64,000 nt of DNA, taken from NCBI GenBank assembly GCA_951406725.2, contig OX597819.1, positions 38,812,001-38,876,000 of the forward strand, read 5' to 3'. This document shows positions 52,625-64,000 of the stretch, in pieces. Positions within the stretch are counted from its first letter, which is position 1, and every line of letters begins with the position of its first letter. Source of the stretch: Octopus vulgaris. Taxonomy: Eukaryota. Under the pieces are notes generated by a model. That model did no database searches. It was given only the letters and a program-made list of their open reading frames with translations, and was not told the DNA's origin. The position numbers were made by a program, and so were the translations under genes.

Positions 52625-53185
52625 CTTAAATATCATGGGTTTCATGGAGGCAATGGCTAGTGACTGAGACCTTTGGTGATATGCCATGCATGAGAAGACC
52701 CATCAAGCCAAGTGAAATTGTAGTCATGACCATTGCCAATGTTATGTACCTGGCACCCATACCAGTTGCACACAAAAGGTACTTTTTGAGTGTTGGCCTC
52801 ACAGAGGCAATGTGGCCGATGTTGGTGTCACATAAGTAGCACCCATGCTGGTGACATGTAAAAAGCACCTTTTGAGTGTAAGGTCTCACAGATGCAATGA
52901 CAAATTACAGAGACCTTTGACAATACACTGTGTTTGAGTAGAAGACTTATCAAGCCAGGTGATATCATAGTCTGGGAAGATACCAATGTCATTCAAAGTG
53001 GAACATAAAAGCACCCATTACACTCTTGGGGTGGTTAGCATTAGAAAGGGCATCCAGCCATAGAAACCATGCCAAATCAGACCAGAGTCTAGTGCAGCCC
53101 TTCAGCTTACCAGCCTTGGTCAAACAGTTCACTCATGTCAGCATGGACAATGGACATTAAATGATGATGATGATGATGATGATGA
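52625..53185 (+). mobile_element. Older long-form family B retroposon
   Basis: Diverged internal units plus the family tail and (GAT)n. Confidence 0.65.
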
Positions 53186-53248
53186 CCATCATCATCATAA
53201 GGAATTGTATTTAAAAAATTGTTAATTTATTTTATGTACTGTAGAAGT

Positions 53249-53586
53249 GAAGTTGCATGGCTCAGTGGTTAGAGTGTCGAGCTTATGATCATGAGGTTGT
53301 GAGTTCGAATCCCAGACCGGGCTGTATGTTGTATTCTTGAGCAAGACATTTTATTTCACATTGCTCCAGTTCGCTCAGCTGCAGAAATGAGTTGCGATGT
53401 CACAGGTGCCAAGCTGTATCGGCCTTTGCCTTTCCCTTGGATAACACTGGTGGTATGGAGAGGGGAGACAAGTATGCATGGGCGACTGCTGGTCTTCCAT
53501 AAACAACCTTGCCTGGACTTGTGCCTCAGAGGGTAACTTTCTAGGTGCAATCCCATGATCATTCATGACCGAAGGGGGCCTCAGCA
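53249..53586 (+). mobile_element. Family D tRNA-derived SINE with an 11-bp TSD
   Basis: TSD actgtagaagt at 53238-48 and 53587-97; A/B-box head tggctcagtggttagag...gagttcgaatccc. Confidence 0.9.
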
Positions 53587-53778
53587 ACTGTAGAAGTATT
53601 ATCAATTTATTACAGATAAATTTTAACAAGAAAATCTTATATGGACCCATAAGAGCTATATGGACCCCAGTCGAGAACTACTGATGTATACCTATTTTCC
53701 ATAGCAGCCATCAGAATGTAGCACCCTGTCAAAGGCCTACTTCCAGTTAACAAATACTAAATATTGTGGTTTGCACTT

Positions 53779-54373
53779 GACCACACTTGGAATTCGCATC
53801 ATCAGTTTGGAACCCCTATCTTGCTCAGAACATTGACCTCCTGGAATCTGTTCAGAGACGTGCAACCAAACGCATACCCTCCATCAGACACCTACCATAC
53901 TCTGAGCACCTTGTTTCCCTGGGCATGGATTCACTGAAGCTCCGGCGTCTGGCGATGGACTTGGTAAACACCCACAACGTTATCAACCACCTCACCAACA
54001 ACAACACTGAACACCTTTTTGATCTCCATGTGTCCAACACACGTGGACATGCCTACAAAGTCAGAAAACAGCACAGCTCCCATGACTTTCCGAAACATTT
54101 TTTCACGCTCAGAGTTGCTGAAGCGTGGAACAAACTGCCTGCGTCAGTTGTTGACTGCCATGACACTGCATCCTTTAAGGCCCTCATGCTTTCCGAAATC
54201 CGCCGAAACTACACCTGATTGCCCCCCTTCCATACTCATACACATATGTGTATGTCATGACTCATGCACTGTTCTTTTTCTGATGCTTGTACATTACCCT
54301 ATGTACTATACATACACTTTAGATGAGTTGTAGTGCACCTGAGCACTGTACACGATGTTTTATTATTATTATT
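53779..54373 (+). mobile_element. 5'-truncated CR1-clade LINE (ORF2 C-terminus 53787-54218, 3' UTR, (ATT)n tail)
   Basis: LEFASSVWNPY...LLESVQRRATK...LPYSE.L..LG..SLKLRR...DL...TRGHAYKV...HFFTLRVAEAWNKLPASVV are canonical CR1 C-terminal motifs. Confidence 0.92.
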
Positions 54374-54784
54374 AACTTCTGTTGTAGATGTCTCAGTGAG
54401 GAGAAGGATCAATTGTACCCTACTCTGAACTACATCTTATCAAAGCTAAATATGCTTCTTATCATTATGTATAGTAGATACATCAAAATACCAGCTATAT
54501 ACTGAGGGCTGATTTACTTGATTCACATTGGTATCTCCTGTGTTGGTTTAGGCAAGAGACTGGCATTGAGAAACTCAAATACATCTTAAGAACAGATGAA
54601 TCTTAATTTCCAACAACTGCAGTTCTTCCTGTTAGGGTCAATGAACTTAAATATTAGGTGTTTTGAGAAATATAATGAAGAACAAGGTCACACATATATC
54701 ATATAGTTGATGGAATGTATGAGATGTGGTCCCTCAAACACATTATATTTTGAAGCACGTCATCATCATCAGCAGCAGCAGCAG

Positions 54785-55167
54785 GGGAGAGAAGAAGGTG
54801 GAGGAGGAGGAGAAGAAGAAGAAGAAGGCAAAGGAGAAGATGGAAGAGGAGGAGGAGGAGAAGGGGAGGAAGAGAAAAAGAAGAAGAAGAAGAAGAAGTT
54901 GGAAGAGAAGGAGGAGAAGGGGAGGAAGAGAAGAAGAAGAAAAGGCAAAGGAGAAGATGGAAGAGAAGGAGGAGGAGAAGGGGAGGAGGAGAAGAAGGGG
55001 AGGAAGAGAAAAAGAAGAAGAAGTTGGAAGAGAAGGAGGAGAAGGGGAGGAAGAGAAGAAGAAGAAGAAGAAAAGGCAAAGAAGATGGAAGAGGAGGAGG
55101 AGGAGGAGAAGAAGGGGAGGAAGAGAAAAAGAAGAAGAAGAAGAAGAAGAAGAAGAAGAAGAAGAAG

Positions 55168-55198
<31 letters not shown>

Positions 55199-55226
55199 TG
55201 GAAGAGAAGGAGGAGGAGAAGAAGAA
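54785..55226. repeat. Polypurine higher-order repeat (three ~120-bp GA-rich units) ending in (GAA)n
   Basis: Landmarks aggcaaag(ga)gaagatggaagag and gaagttggaagagaagg each recur three times. Confidence 0.85.
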
Positions 55227-55767
55227 ATTCCTCAATGCTCTCCCAGTGATTAAGCTTTATTTCTGTTAGCTAGTTTTTATAAGAGAAACAGTTCTAACAA
55301 CACTTTATGGTCTTTTCAGTATTAAGAGGGGTGTGGTGGTGGTGGTGGTGGGGTGGGTTGGGTTAACTATCATCAGCGGAAGGCAGTTAAATTTGAATTT
55401 ATGTTTGCTAGTGGTTTATGGGAAGACGAGTAGGAAGAGAACTTTGTGCTTAAGAGAGGGGGAGGAGTTTTCTAGAAGGGGTTGATTGAAGAATATTGCA
55501 ATGTAATATGTCTTTTCCTTGTTTTTGTTTCGTTGTTAATGGGTTCCATTCTGTGCTTGTGGCCTTTGCAAGGTCTTCTGAGATGGGTTGAGATGTTAGC
55601 TGCTGGTGTTGTTCTTCAATGGTTGCCGGAATAATAACAAGTGAGGTGGGAGTGGGTGGGGAGAAATTCCAGGGAGACAGTGTTAAGGGGTAGAAGGATT
55701 GAGGAGAGAATGGTTAGCAGAGGGATGGAGGGATACATAATATGGAAGATAATAGAAGGAGAGAAAA

Positions 55768-56025
55768 GGCGGCGAGCTGGCAGAAATGTTAGCACGCCGG
55801 GCGAAATGCTTAGTGGTATTTTGTCTTCCATTACATACTGAGGTCAAATTCCGCCGAGGTCGACTTTGCCTTTCATCCTTCTGCGGTCGATAAATTAAGT
55901 ACCAGTTATGCACTGGGGTCGACGTAATCGACTTAATCCGTGTGTCTGTCCTTGTTTGTCCCCTCTGTGTTTAGCCCCTTGTGGGTAGTAAAGAAATAGG
56001 TATTTTTTCTGCCATTATGTTCTGA
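55768..56025 (+). mobile_element. Family E SINE plus the start of a second body unit
   Basis: Full-length match, followed by ggtattttttctgccattatgttctgag. Confidence 0.88.
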
Positions 56026-56114
56026 GCAGCATGTATGTCAACCAGAAGTTGGAGTTCACGTTGGTGAAAGATTAATGAGGAGATACACTGTAAAGGTGAA
56101 AGAAAGAAGGTAGA

Positions 56115-56231
<117 letters not shown>

Positions 56232-57130
56232 CAGGTAGACAGGATGAGAGGCAAATAAACAGACAGACAGACGGACGAATGAATGGATAGACAGATAGAT
56301 ATAAAGATGGGCAGACAGACATATATATATATATATAGTGGATTTATGTAAGTGAAATTTAAAAGACATCTGTGGTGCTCTGCAGTTTGTCTCAGCCAAC
56401 ATAGCTGAGTCCATACTAGAGTAATTTTTTAATCACACAACCAAGCTTGTACCTAAACCTATGATAAGAGAAAATGTTTGCTTTTATTGAAAACTTCATT
56501 GTTGACATGGCTGAGTAGTTAAAACGGTTGCCTTACAACCAATTGGTTTTGGGTTCAATCCTACTGTGTGGTACAATGGGCAAAGTATTTTCTACTAGTT
56601 TCAGACTAACCAAAGCTTTGTGGCTGTGTAGATGTTCACAGCAGAGACCGCTTCTGTTTTAGAGTGGTAGATTTCATCTGTCAGTTTAACATCATGGCTA
56701 AGCCCATGAAGAGCTATTAAGTGTAGATTACCTTGTAGTAAGCAGGTCTCCAGTTGTTTAAGGAGTACCTTTCCTTCCACTAATCAGAGAAACTTTGTAA
56801 AAGGTCATGGTACTGGCCTTTCATATCTGACGAGATAATTAAAAATAAAAAAAAAAGGCTTTAGTGATACTTCTGGTTTTCTAAAAGTTTCACTTTTAAG
56901 CTACAAGGACATACTAGAGAAATTTTTAGACCTGAGAGAGCATACAAAATAAACTAAATTTATTTTTGCAATACAAAATCTCAGCAATGCAATTTTTATT
57001 TGCATACATTAAATTTCTTATCACTGAAAAGTGACAGGTAGATTCAGTCTATTAGATTCAAACCTCAACTATAAACGACAAGAGAGTTATATTGGGTTGT
57101 TCTCAAGACTATATATATATACATATATGA

Positions 57131-57402
57131 ATATTTTATAATTATATACATGATTATAACACGGGCTTGGCTTGCACTTCATCACGCACTGAAAAGAATA
57201 GAGGTTAAAAGGCACTATTACTTCCATAAATTCTCCGAGAATAACACACCACATAATAGGCTAGCAAAAAAGGAAAATGAATTGTGTGTTATTCTCGGAG
57301 AATTTATGGTGGTAGTAGTGTGTTTTGACATCTATTTTTTCAGTGCATGGTGAGGCGCAAGCCAAGCCCTTGTTATAATTATATATATAGTTATAAAATA
57401 TT
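57131..57402. repeat. Foldback element (arms ~120 bp) in a TA-rich site
   Basis: attataacacgggcttggcttgc...ccataaattctccgagaataacacac / tgtgttattctcggagaatttatgg...gcaagccaagcccttgttataat. Confidence 0.85.
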
Positions 57403-57459
57403 TGTAAAATTTACCTATGAGGTTTTTATTTCCACTTTGATCACCTGGTAAAAATCATT

Positions 57460-57775
57460 AGTTTGACTGAGGACTGGCGAACCAGATGGCTGCACCAGGC
57501 TCCAATCTGATCTGGCAGAGTTTCTACAGCTGGATGCCCTTCTTAACACCAACCACTCTGAGAATGTAGTGGGTGCTTTTACGTACCACCAGCACAAGGG
57601 CCAGTCAGGCAGTACTGGCAACAACCACGCTCAAATGGTGGTTTTTACATGCCACCTGCACAGGAGCCAGTCCAGCGACATTGACAATGACCTCGCTTGA
57701 ATGTTGTTTTTCATGTGCCACTGTCACAAGTGCCAGTAAGGTGACGTTGGTAACGATCATGCTCGAATGGTGCTT
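57460..57775 (-). mobile_element. Family B retroposon, long-form fragment
   Basis: Reverse complement of the 51124-type body. Confidence 0.8.
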
Positions 57776-57777
57776 TT

Positions 57778-58828
57778 GTAAAGTTTGTAATGAGCTAGAG
57801 ACTGAAGATGGAAACATATCACCAGTATCAAACATAAAAAGCATTCTAAACACCCTGAAATTATCAGAACATCTGAATTTATTTAGTAAGTTCAACAGAC
57901 CATTGATTACAATCCCAGAAAGTCCATGAGGTCAATTGCAAAAGATCTCCATGTGTCAGAAGGAACAGTCAGAAATGTCCATGAAGACATCAGATATAAG
58001 TCTTCGATGAGGAAAGGTCAATTTGCCAGGAAAAGCAAAAGAAAATCACGGCATAAGAACTAAAAGGTTCTTAAACAAACTGAAAAATCCAGCAGAAGAA
58101 GATTTGATTTGGTTTTTCTCAAACGAGAAAAACTTTAACCAAGATCAAAAATATAACAGAAGAAATGATAGATGGTTATGTGCAGACCCTTCTGAAGTTC
58201 CTAGTGTTATGCATACAAAATTTCCTGCAACTGTCATGGTTTTATGGGTTGTCAGCAATGAAGGACACGTGATGCCTCCTTACTTCTTTCCACAAGGCTT
58301 TAGAGTTAACTCTGCTGCCTAGATTGAGGTCCTGGAAAAAATTGTTAAACCCTGGATAGACAGCGTATGCAATGGAAGGCCTAATGTGTTTCAGTAAGAC
58401 TCTGCACTATCACACATGGCTCTAGTAACTCAGGGGTAGATGGCTGAAAATTTTCATGATCACATAACCCCTAACATTTGGCTGCCTAATTCCCCAAATC
58501 GCAATCCATTGGACTATTACATATGGAGTGTTGTTGAGAGAGGGGTCAATGAACACACCCATAACACCAAAGATTCTTTGAAAGCTGCCATAGTCAGAGT
58601 AATGTCCAAAATGAACCAGGATCACTCGATCATATGGATGATTTAGATTTCATATAGAAGCAATTGTTGAAGCTGAAGGCGGCTTTATTGAATAACATTA
58701 TAGAAAAGAAGGTTTATTTTTATCCCCATAGCAATTTTTGATAAATAAAGTTATCTGTCATTATATATATATATATCTGTTTTTTTCATAAACATAAACC
58801 TGTTCTCAAATATTTTATGCACCCTCTG
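57778..58828 (+). mobile_element. maT / DD37D transposon remnant (5' part lost)
   Basis: WFFSNEKNF...NRRNDRW...TKFPATVMV...VFQ*DSALSHMALVTQG*MAENFHDHITPNIWLPNSPNRNPLD, with 37 residues between D and D. Probable right TIR ...tattttatgcaccctctg. Confidence 0.9.
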
Positions 58829-59986
58829 TGTGTGTGTGTGAGCGTAAATATACCTACATCTATGAACACACACACAACATATACATGCTATTACTTTTGT
58901 ATCTTCAAATAGCTATGTGTGTTATGTATGTGGATGTGTGGATGAGCTGTGCACATGCATAATTAGTCTGTATATATTTAGTTGTGAACTTACAATACAA
59001 AACAGTCTAATGAATACATTTCTTGATAAGAGAGTTACAGGTGTATATTTTTTTGAGATGAGTTATTCTTAGAGTAGTTCAGGTTTTCCGGATTATTTAT
59101 CATTTCAATCAAAATGTATTAAGCTATCTAAATTAACCTTTTTACTTCAACTACCCACATAAACAGATACATACACACATAGGCACACACACACACACAC
59201 ACATACATAAGAAACACACCATCCACTAGATGATAAATAAACCAGTAAAATTTGAGGAAGTTAATGATGGTTGATCTACACTGATAACATAGTAGCACAA
59301 AAAGCTCAAAATGGAACATATTCCAAGCGGAGGGCAGAGTCTTTATGAAACATCGGACTTCTCTTCTTCATTACAGCAAAAAGAAAAACTTATTTCAATT
59401 TGGAAATTTTTTAAGTTTTTTTAATCTTTTAACCAAGAAGAATGGTAGTGTCTGTGACCCTTCACAGAGCTTCCAATAATGGTATAAGATGGGAGGAAGG
59501 AAGGTATCTGTAAAACAGAGATCTGATTCAAATGCTTGCAACAGAATGGATATTCTACTACAAAGCGAAAGGTAAAGTTGCCTTCTAGTGTTATGCCGGC
59601 ACATAAGGGCCTGTTTCCTGGTTTCATGGCATATAAACTCCCCACTCGGACGGAGCACTGGTCCATTGCAGGATTACTCATTTTTGCCAGCTGAGTGGAC
59701 TGGAGCAACATGAAATGAAGTGTTTTGCTCAAGAACACAACACATTGCCCAGTCCAGAAATTGGTTACGTGGTAAGAAGTTTGCGTCCCAACCACATGGT
59801 TTTGAGTTCAATCCTGTTGTGTGGAAACTTGGACAAGAGTTTACTATTTTAGCTTCAGGTAAATCAAAGCCTTGTGAGTGAGTTTGGTAGACAGGAAGTG
59901 AAAGAATCCCATCAGGTGTGGGTATAGAAATATATAAATATACAGGAGAGTATTGTAGTTTGCTTGAAGCGTTGAGTATTGTTTTT

Positions 59987-60126
59987 AAAAATAATAATGT
60001 GTTTTGAATGGCACAACAATGCACTATGAGACTATAAGACTATGGATAATTAAATTACAATAGTTATTATAGTCCATTGTTGTTATTATAGTGCATTGCT
60101 GTGCCATTCAAAACATTATTATTTTA
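59987..60126. repeat. Short foldback element
   Basis: gttttgaatggcacaacaatgcactat / atagtgcattgctgtgccattcaaaac. Confidence 0.75.
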
Positions 60127-60194
60127 TGTAAATATATATATGAATATATGAATATATGAATATATAAATATATATTTGAAAAATGAGAAAATGG

Positions 60195-60702
60195 AGATAT
60201 AGCATTTAATAAAGATTTCTTATCAGAAAAAAATCAAACATAGTCCATTACAGTTGTTTCAATTAAGACCAATAAAGATTAAATGAATTTTATTAAAATA
60301 ATTTGGGGGGGCAAAATCTGTTCAGTTGGGTAGAAAAAAATATACCTTTAGGTTTTTTATGTGTTGAATCATCACAGTAGACAACATCATCATCATCATC
60401 ATCGTTTAACGTCCGTTTTCCATGCTAGCATGGGTTGGACGATTTTGACTGAGGGCTGACAACCAGATGGCTGCACCAGGCACCAGTCTTGATCTGGCAG
60501 AGTTTCTACAGCTGGATGCCCTTCCTAATGCCAACCACTCCAAGAGTGTAGTGGGTGCTTTTTATGTGCCACCTGCATGTATTATAGAATCATCACAGAG
60601 ATTTAGCTCCCCCCACACCAAACGATTTTGATAATATTTATTTAACCTTTACTGGTCTTAATTGAAACAGCTAATAATAAATCTTTATTAAATGCTATAT
60701 CT
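60195..60702. mobile_element. PLE-like foldback with a decayed hammerhead (60245-60329, minus) and a family B insertion (60385-60578) in its centre
   Basis: Minus strand: ccaa-CTGAACA-gatt[...]aatt-GAAAC-aact-GTA^atgg. The opposite arm carries ggtcttaattGAAACagct. Direct repeat gaatcatcacag at 60366-77 and 60587-98. Confidence 0.6.
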
Positions 60703-61537
60703 ATGATACAAGCCTTTTATTTTATGAATATTATTGTTCCCAATAAATATTAGGTATTGAACCGGTAATTAATTGGATGATACCATTCCTTAAGAAGGCT
60801 AATTTAACCTCTAATTGAATGTATAAATATATATATATATTCATGTATGTGTGTGTTTGTTTCCTTAATGTAGTGACAGAATAAGAACCAGACTTAAAAT
60901 TAAGCACTGAAGTCAATTCGTTTGACTAAGCATTTCAAAGCAGTGCCACAGCACAGCTACAGTCCAGTAACTGAAACAAATAAAAGATTAACAAAAAAAA
61001 CATAAATAAATAAATAAAAATAAAAGAGAGTGGTTTATAAAATTAGCCTTCTGCTTGTTGAAAAGAAATCCCTTCTTAAATGTGCTCAGAAAGCCTTAAC
61101 TCTGCACAATGGAATCATCTGTAATATCTTGTTAATGCAAACTATTAGATTACAGAACACATTTTAAATACTTTAGAAAGCTCTTGAATCATGAGATTAA
61201 AAAGTCATTAGAAGGCACCAGTAATTGTCTAATTATGAAGCAATGAAATAACTACAGAATATAACTGTCTTATGAAGCAATTATCAAATGAGGCAACTTT
61301 CCAGTATGATAGCTGGTGTTTGCTATATTATGATGCTAAGGAACCATTGGACATTTAATACTATAATCCTTGATGCAGAATTGCTGAGACAGTATTGTGC
61401 ATGAGACTAGATTTTGGAATTAGGACAAGATTAAGGCAGTATGATATTATACAGCAAAGATTATGACATCAGAAAATAACAAAGCTTAAAATAATTCATT
61501 TACTTTTTTATTTATTTATCTTCGATTTTTCTTTTAT

Positions 61538-61760
61538 TTTCTTTTACTTGTTTCAGTCATTTGACTGCAGCCATGCTCGAGCACCGCCTTAAAGGGTTTT
61601 AATCAAACAAATCAACCCCAGGACTTATTCTTTGTAAGCTTAGTACTTATTCTATCAGTCTCTTTTGCCGGACCACTAAGTCACAGGGACATAAACACAC
61701 CAGCATCAGTTCTCAAATAATGGCAGGAGGACAAACACAGACAAACCTACATATATATGT
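61538..61760 (-). mobile_element. Family A SINE 3' half
   Basis: Family tail and body, truncated at the internal TA tract. Confidence 0.8.
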
Positions 61761-61772
61761 ATATACATACAC

Positions 61773-61810
<38 letters not shown>

Positions 61811-61890
61811 AATGAAAGACAGAAGATGGAATATACGAGAATTTATTAATCATGCCATCATGCTACCAGGTGTAACACATTCATTTTACT

Positions 61891-61937
<47 letters not shown>

Positions 61938-62026
61938 TTTGGGAAAACAAATTTCCAAATCATTCAGGTGCAACCTTTCAGTGTTAGATGCATCTACATA
62001 TCATACTTTGGAGTCATATTTATCGT

Positions 62027-62383
62027 AAGCACCATCCGAACGTGGCCGTTGCCAGCGCCGCCCTGACTGGCCTCGTGCAGGTGGCACATAAAAAGCACCA
62101 TCCGTTTGTGGCCATTGCCAGCCTCGCCTGGCCCCCGTGCCAGTGGCACGTAAAAAGCACCATCCGATCGTGGCCATTTGCCAGCCTCGTCTGGCACCTG
62201 TGCCGGTGGCATGTAAAAAGCACCCACTACATTCACGGAGTGGTTGGCATTAGGAAGGGCATCCAGCCATAGAAACATTGCCAGATCAGACTGGGCCTGG
62301 TGCAGCCTTCTGGCTTCCCAGACCCCAGCTGAACCGTCCAACCCATGCTAGCATGGAAAGCAGATGCTAAACGATGATGATGA
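62027..62383 (+). mobile_element. Family B retroposon with three ~60-bp units
   Basis: Tandem units followed by the family tail. Confidence 0.88.
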
Positions 62384-62988
62384 AATATACAAAATATCTG
62401 ATAAAAGTCAAAATCATAAAAAAAGAAAAAAATAATAATAATTTAAATGAAATAAATATATCAATTAAATATTACTAAAATTATATAATAACAAATTATA
62501 TATACCTCCCAATACAGGTAAATTTGAAAATAATAATAGAGAATAATTTAAAATTAAAACTATGTATAGTGTAATAACCAACCCCATTGGTACTAATCAC
62601 CTATAAATACCCATAGTTCCCGGCATTCTTCTTCCTCAAATCACCATTTTAGTACCAGCAAAAAAAGGAAGATATATATTTGGATTTTTCTTGTTGTGTA
62701 TCACATTTAAACACAGGCATTTTTATTCTGATGTTTAATCTTATATCTCACATTCTGTATTAGACATATACTTGATTTTACATGATTGATATATATACTA
62801 ATTCATGTTTATAATGTATAATTTCTAACTTTTAATTCTTAGTATTAGAAAGTATAATTTTTATTCTTAATTTTTAATCAGTAATGCTTAATTGTATTGC
62901 TTATTTTTAAAGGAATGTAAAATTAGATATATAATATTTTGAAATAGAACCTGAAGATGTGTTGGAATAATTGTAAATCTGACGATTG

Positions 62989-63027
<39 letters not shown>

Positions 63028-63363
63028 CCCAGCCTCGTCTGGCACCTGTGTCGGTGGCACATAAAAACACCATCCGAGCGTGGCTGTCTGCCAGCCTCGT
63101 CTGGCACCTGTGTCGGTGGCACATAAAAACACCATCCGAGCGTGGCCGTTCGCCAGCCTCGTCTGGCACCTGTGTCAGTGGCACATAAAATCACCCACTA
63201 CACTCTCGGAGTGGTTGGCGTTAGGAAGGGCATCCAGCTGTAGAAACACTGCCAGATCTGACTGGCCTGGTGCAGCCTTCGGGCTCCCCAGACCCCAGTT
63301 GAACCGTCCAACCCATGCTAGCATGGAAAGCGGACGTTAAACGATGATGATGATGATGATGAT
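63028..63363 (+). mobile_element. Family B retroposon with three near-identical ~62-bp units
   Basis: ccagcctcgtctggcacctgtgtc(g/a)gtggcacataaaa x3, then the family tail. Confidence 0.9.
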
Positions 63364-63860
63364 ATAGGTATACAGTTGTGTATATGTATATATATTGTAA
63401 TCTTTCAACACTGAAACACTTGTAGTTCCTTCTAATTTAATAAATATAAATAGTAACTAAACAAGAATATAATTAATGAAGTATATTATATACCCTGCTG
63501 GTAATTTTGGTTATATCCTTTAAATATTATTTCATGATGAGCAAACTGATACCATGAGTTTACTGTCAGATATACGCCTTAGGTTGTTTCTGTATTATCT
63601 GAAATAGAATTCCCACATATCGATTAATCCCCCAAAATTGAAATATATATAAATATACACATATATATATGTGTGTGTGTATATATATATATATATGTAT
63701 GTATTTTGATACTTTATGTATGTTTATAAGTATGCGTGTGTGTGTATTTGCTTCTCAGTCATGTGGCTTTGGGTTCAGTTTCACTGTACAGCACCCTGAT
63801 CAAGATGAAAATATCAAAAACAATTCTTCATCTGTAAAGGTGAGGTTATTAGTAAAACAA

Positions 63861-64000
63861 AGGTGGCGAGCTGGCAGACACGTTAGCGTGCCGGGTGAAA
63901 TGCTTAGCGGTATCTCGTCTGTCGTTACGTTCTGAGTTCAAATTCCGCCGAGGTCAACTTTCCCTTTCATCCTTTCGGGGTTGATAAATAAAGTACCAGT
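63861..64000 (+). mobile_element. Family E SINE, cut by the window edge
   Basis: aggtggcgagctggcagacacgttagc...cctttcggggttgataaa. Confidence 0.88.

Noticed and set aside
53249-53330. tRNA-like heads of SINE families A, C, D and E as tRNA genes
   Set aside because: They continue into SINE bodies with tails and TSDs and lack a complete acceptor stem.
57802-57820. CTGAAGA tg GAAAC hammerhead-like string
   Set aside because: It lies within the maT transposase remnant and lacks stem I and stem III complementarity.
61150-61480. Faint LTR-retrotransposon RNase H-like words (LLYYDAKEPLDI, DFGIRTRLRQ)
   Set aside because: Too short and degenerate to support without a profile search.
63028-63200. 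Regularly spaced ~62-bp repeats resembling a CRISPR array
   Set aside because: The units are contiguous tandem copies without unique spacers, lie inside a retroposon in a eukaryotic context, and no cas genes are present.

Overview
AT-rich, microsatellite-dense eukaryotic DNA with no complete protein-coding gene. The SINE families and simple-repeat landscape resemble an octopus (coleoid cephalopod) genome; this is inference, not verified. Most of the ORF track is microsatellite or SINE translation. Recognisable content: (1) five high-copy short retroposon families; (2) fragments of two R4/Dong-type RLE LINEs, a CR1 LINE, an RTE LINE and two Penelope-like element (PLE) GIY-YIG ends; (3) four decayed Tc1/mariner transposons (DD36E, DD37D/maT, DD34D-type mariner, and one WPPRSPDL-type); (4) a decayed autonomous Helitron and a short non-autonomous Helitron; (5) two MITE families; (6) a tRNA-Arg(ACG)-derived gene with an ATG anticodon; (7) two candidate minus-strand micro-exons. 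The most notable signal is a set of at least six minimal type I hammerhead ribozyme motifs from different PLE-like families, one apparently intact at 12328-12406. They are accompanied by many foldback (inverted-repeat) elements sitting in (TA)n tracts. Also notable are RLE LINEs in two different microsatellite targets, and four local 150-300 bp templated duplications at 1.2-1.7 kb distance. Repeat boundaries were read by eye and are approximate unless a TSD or TIR is cited.
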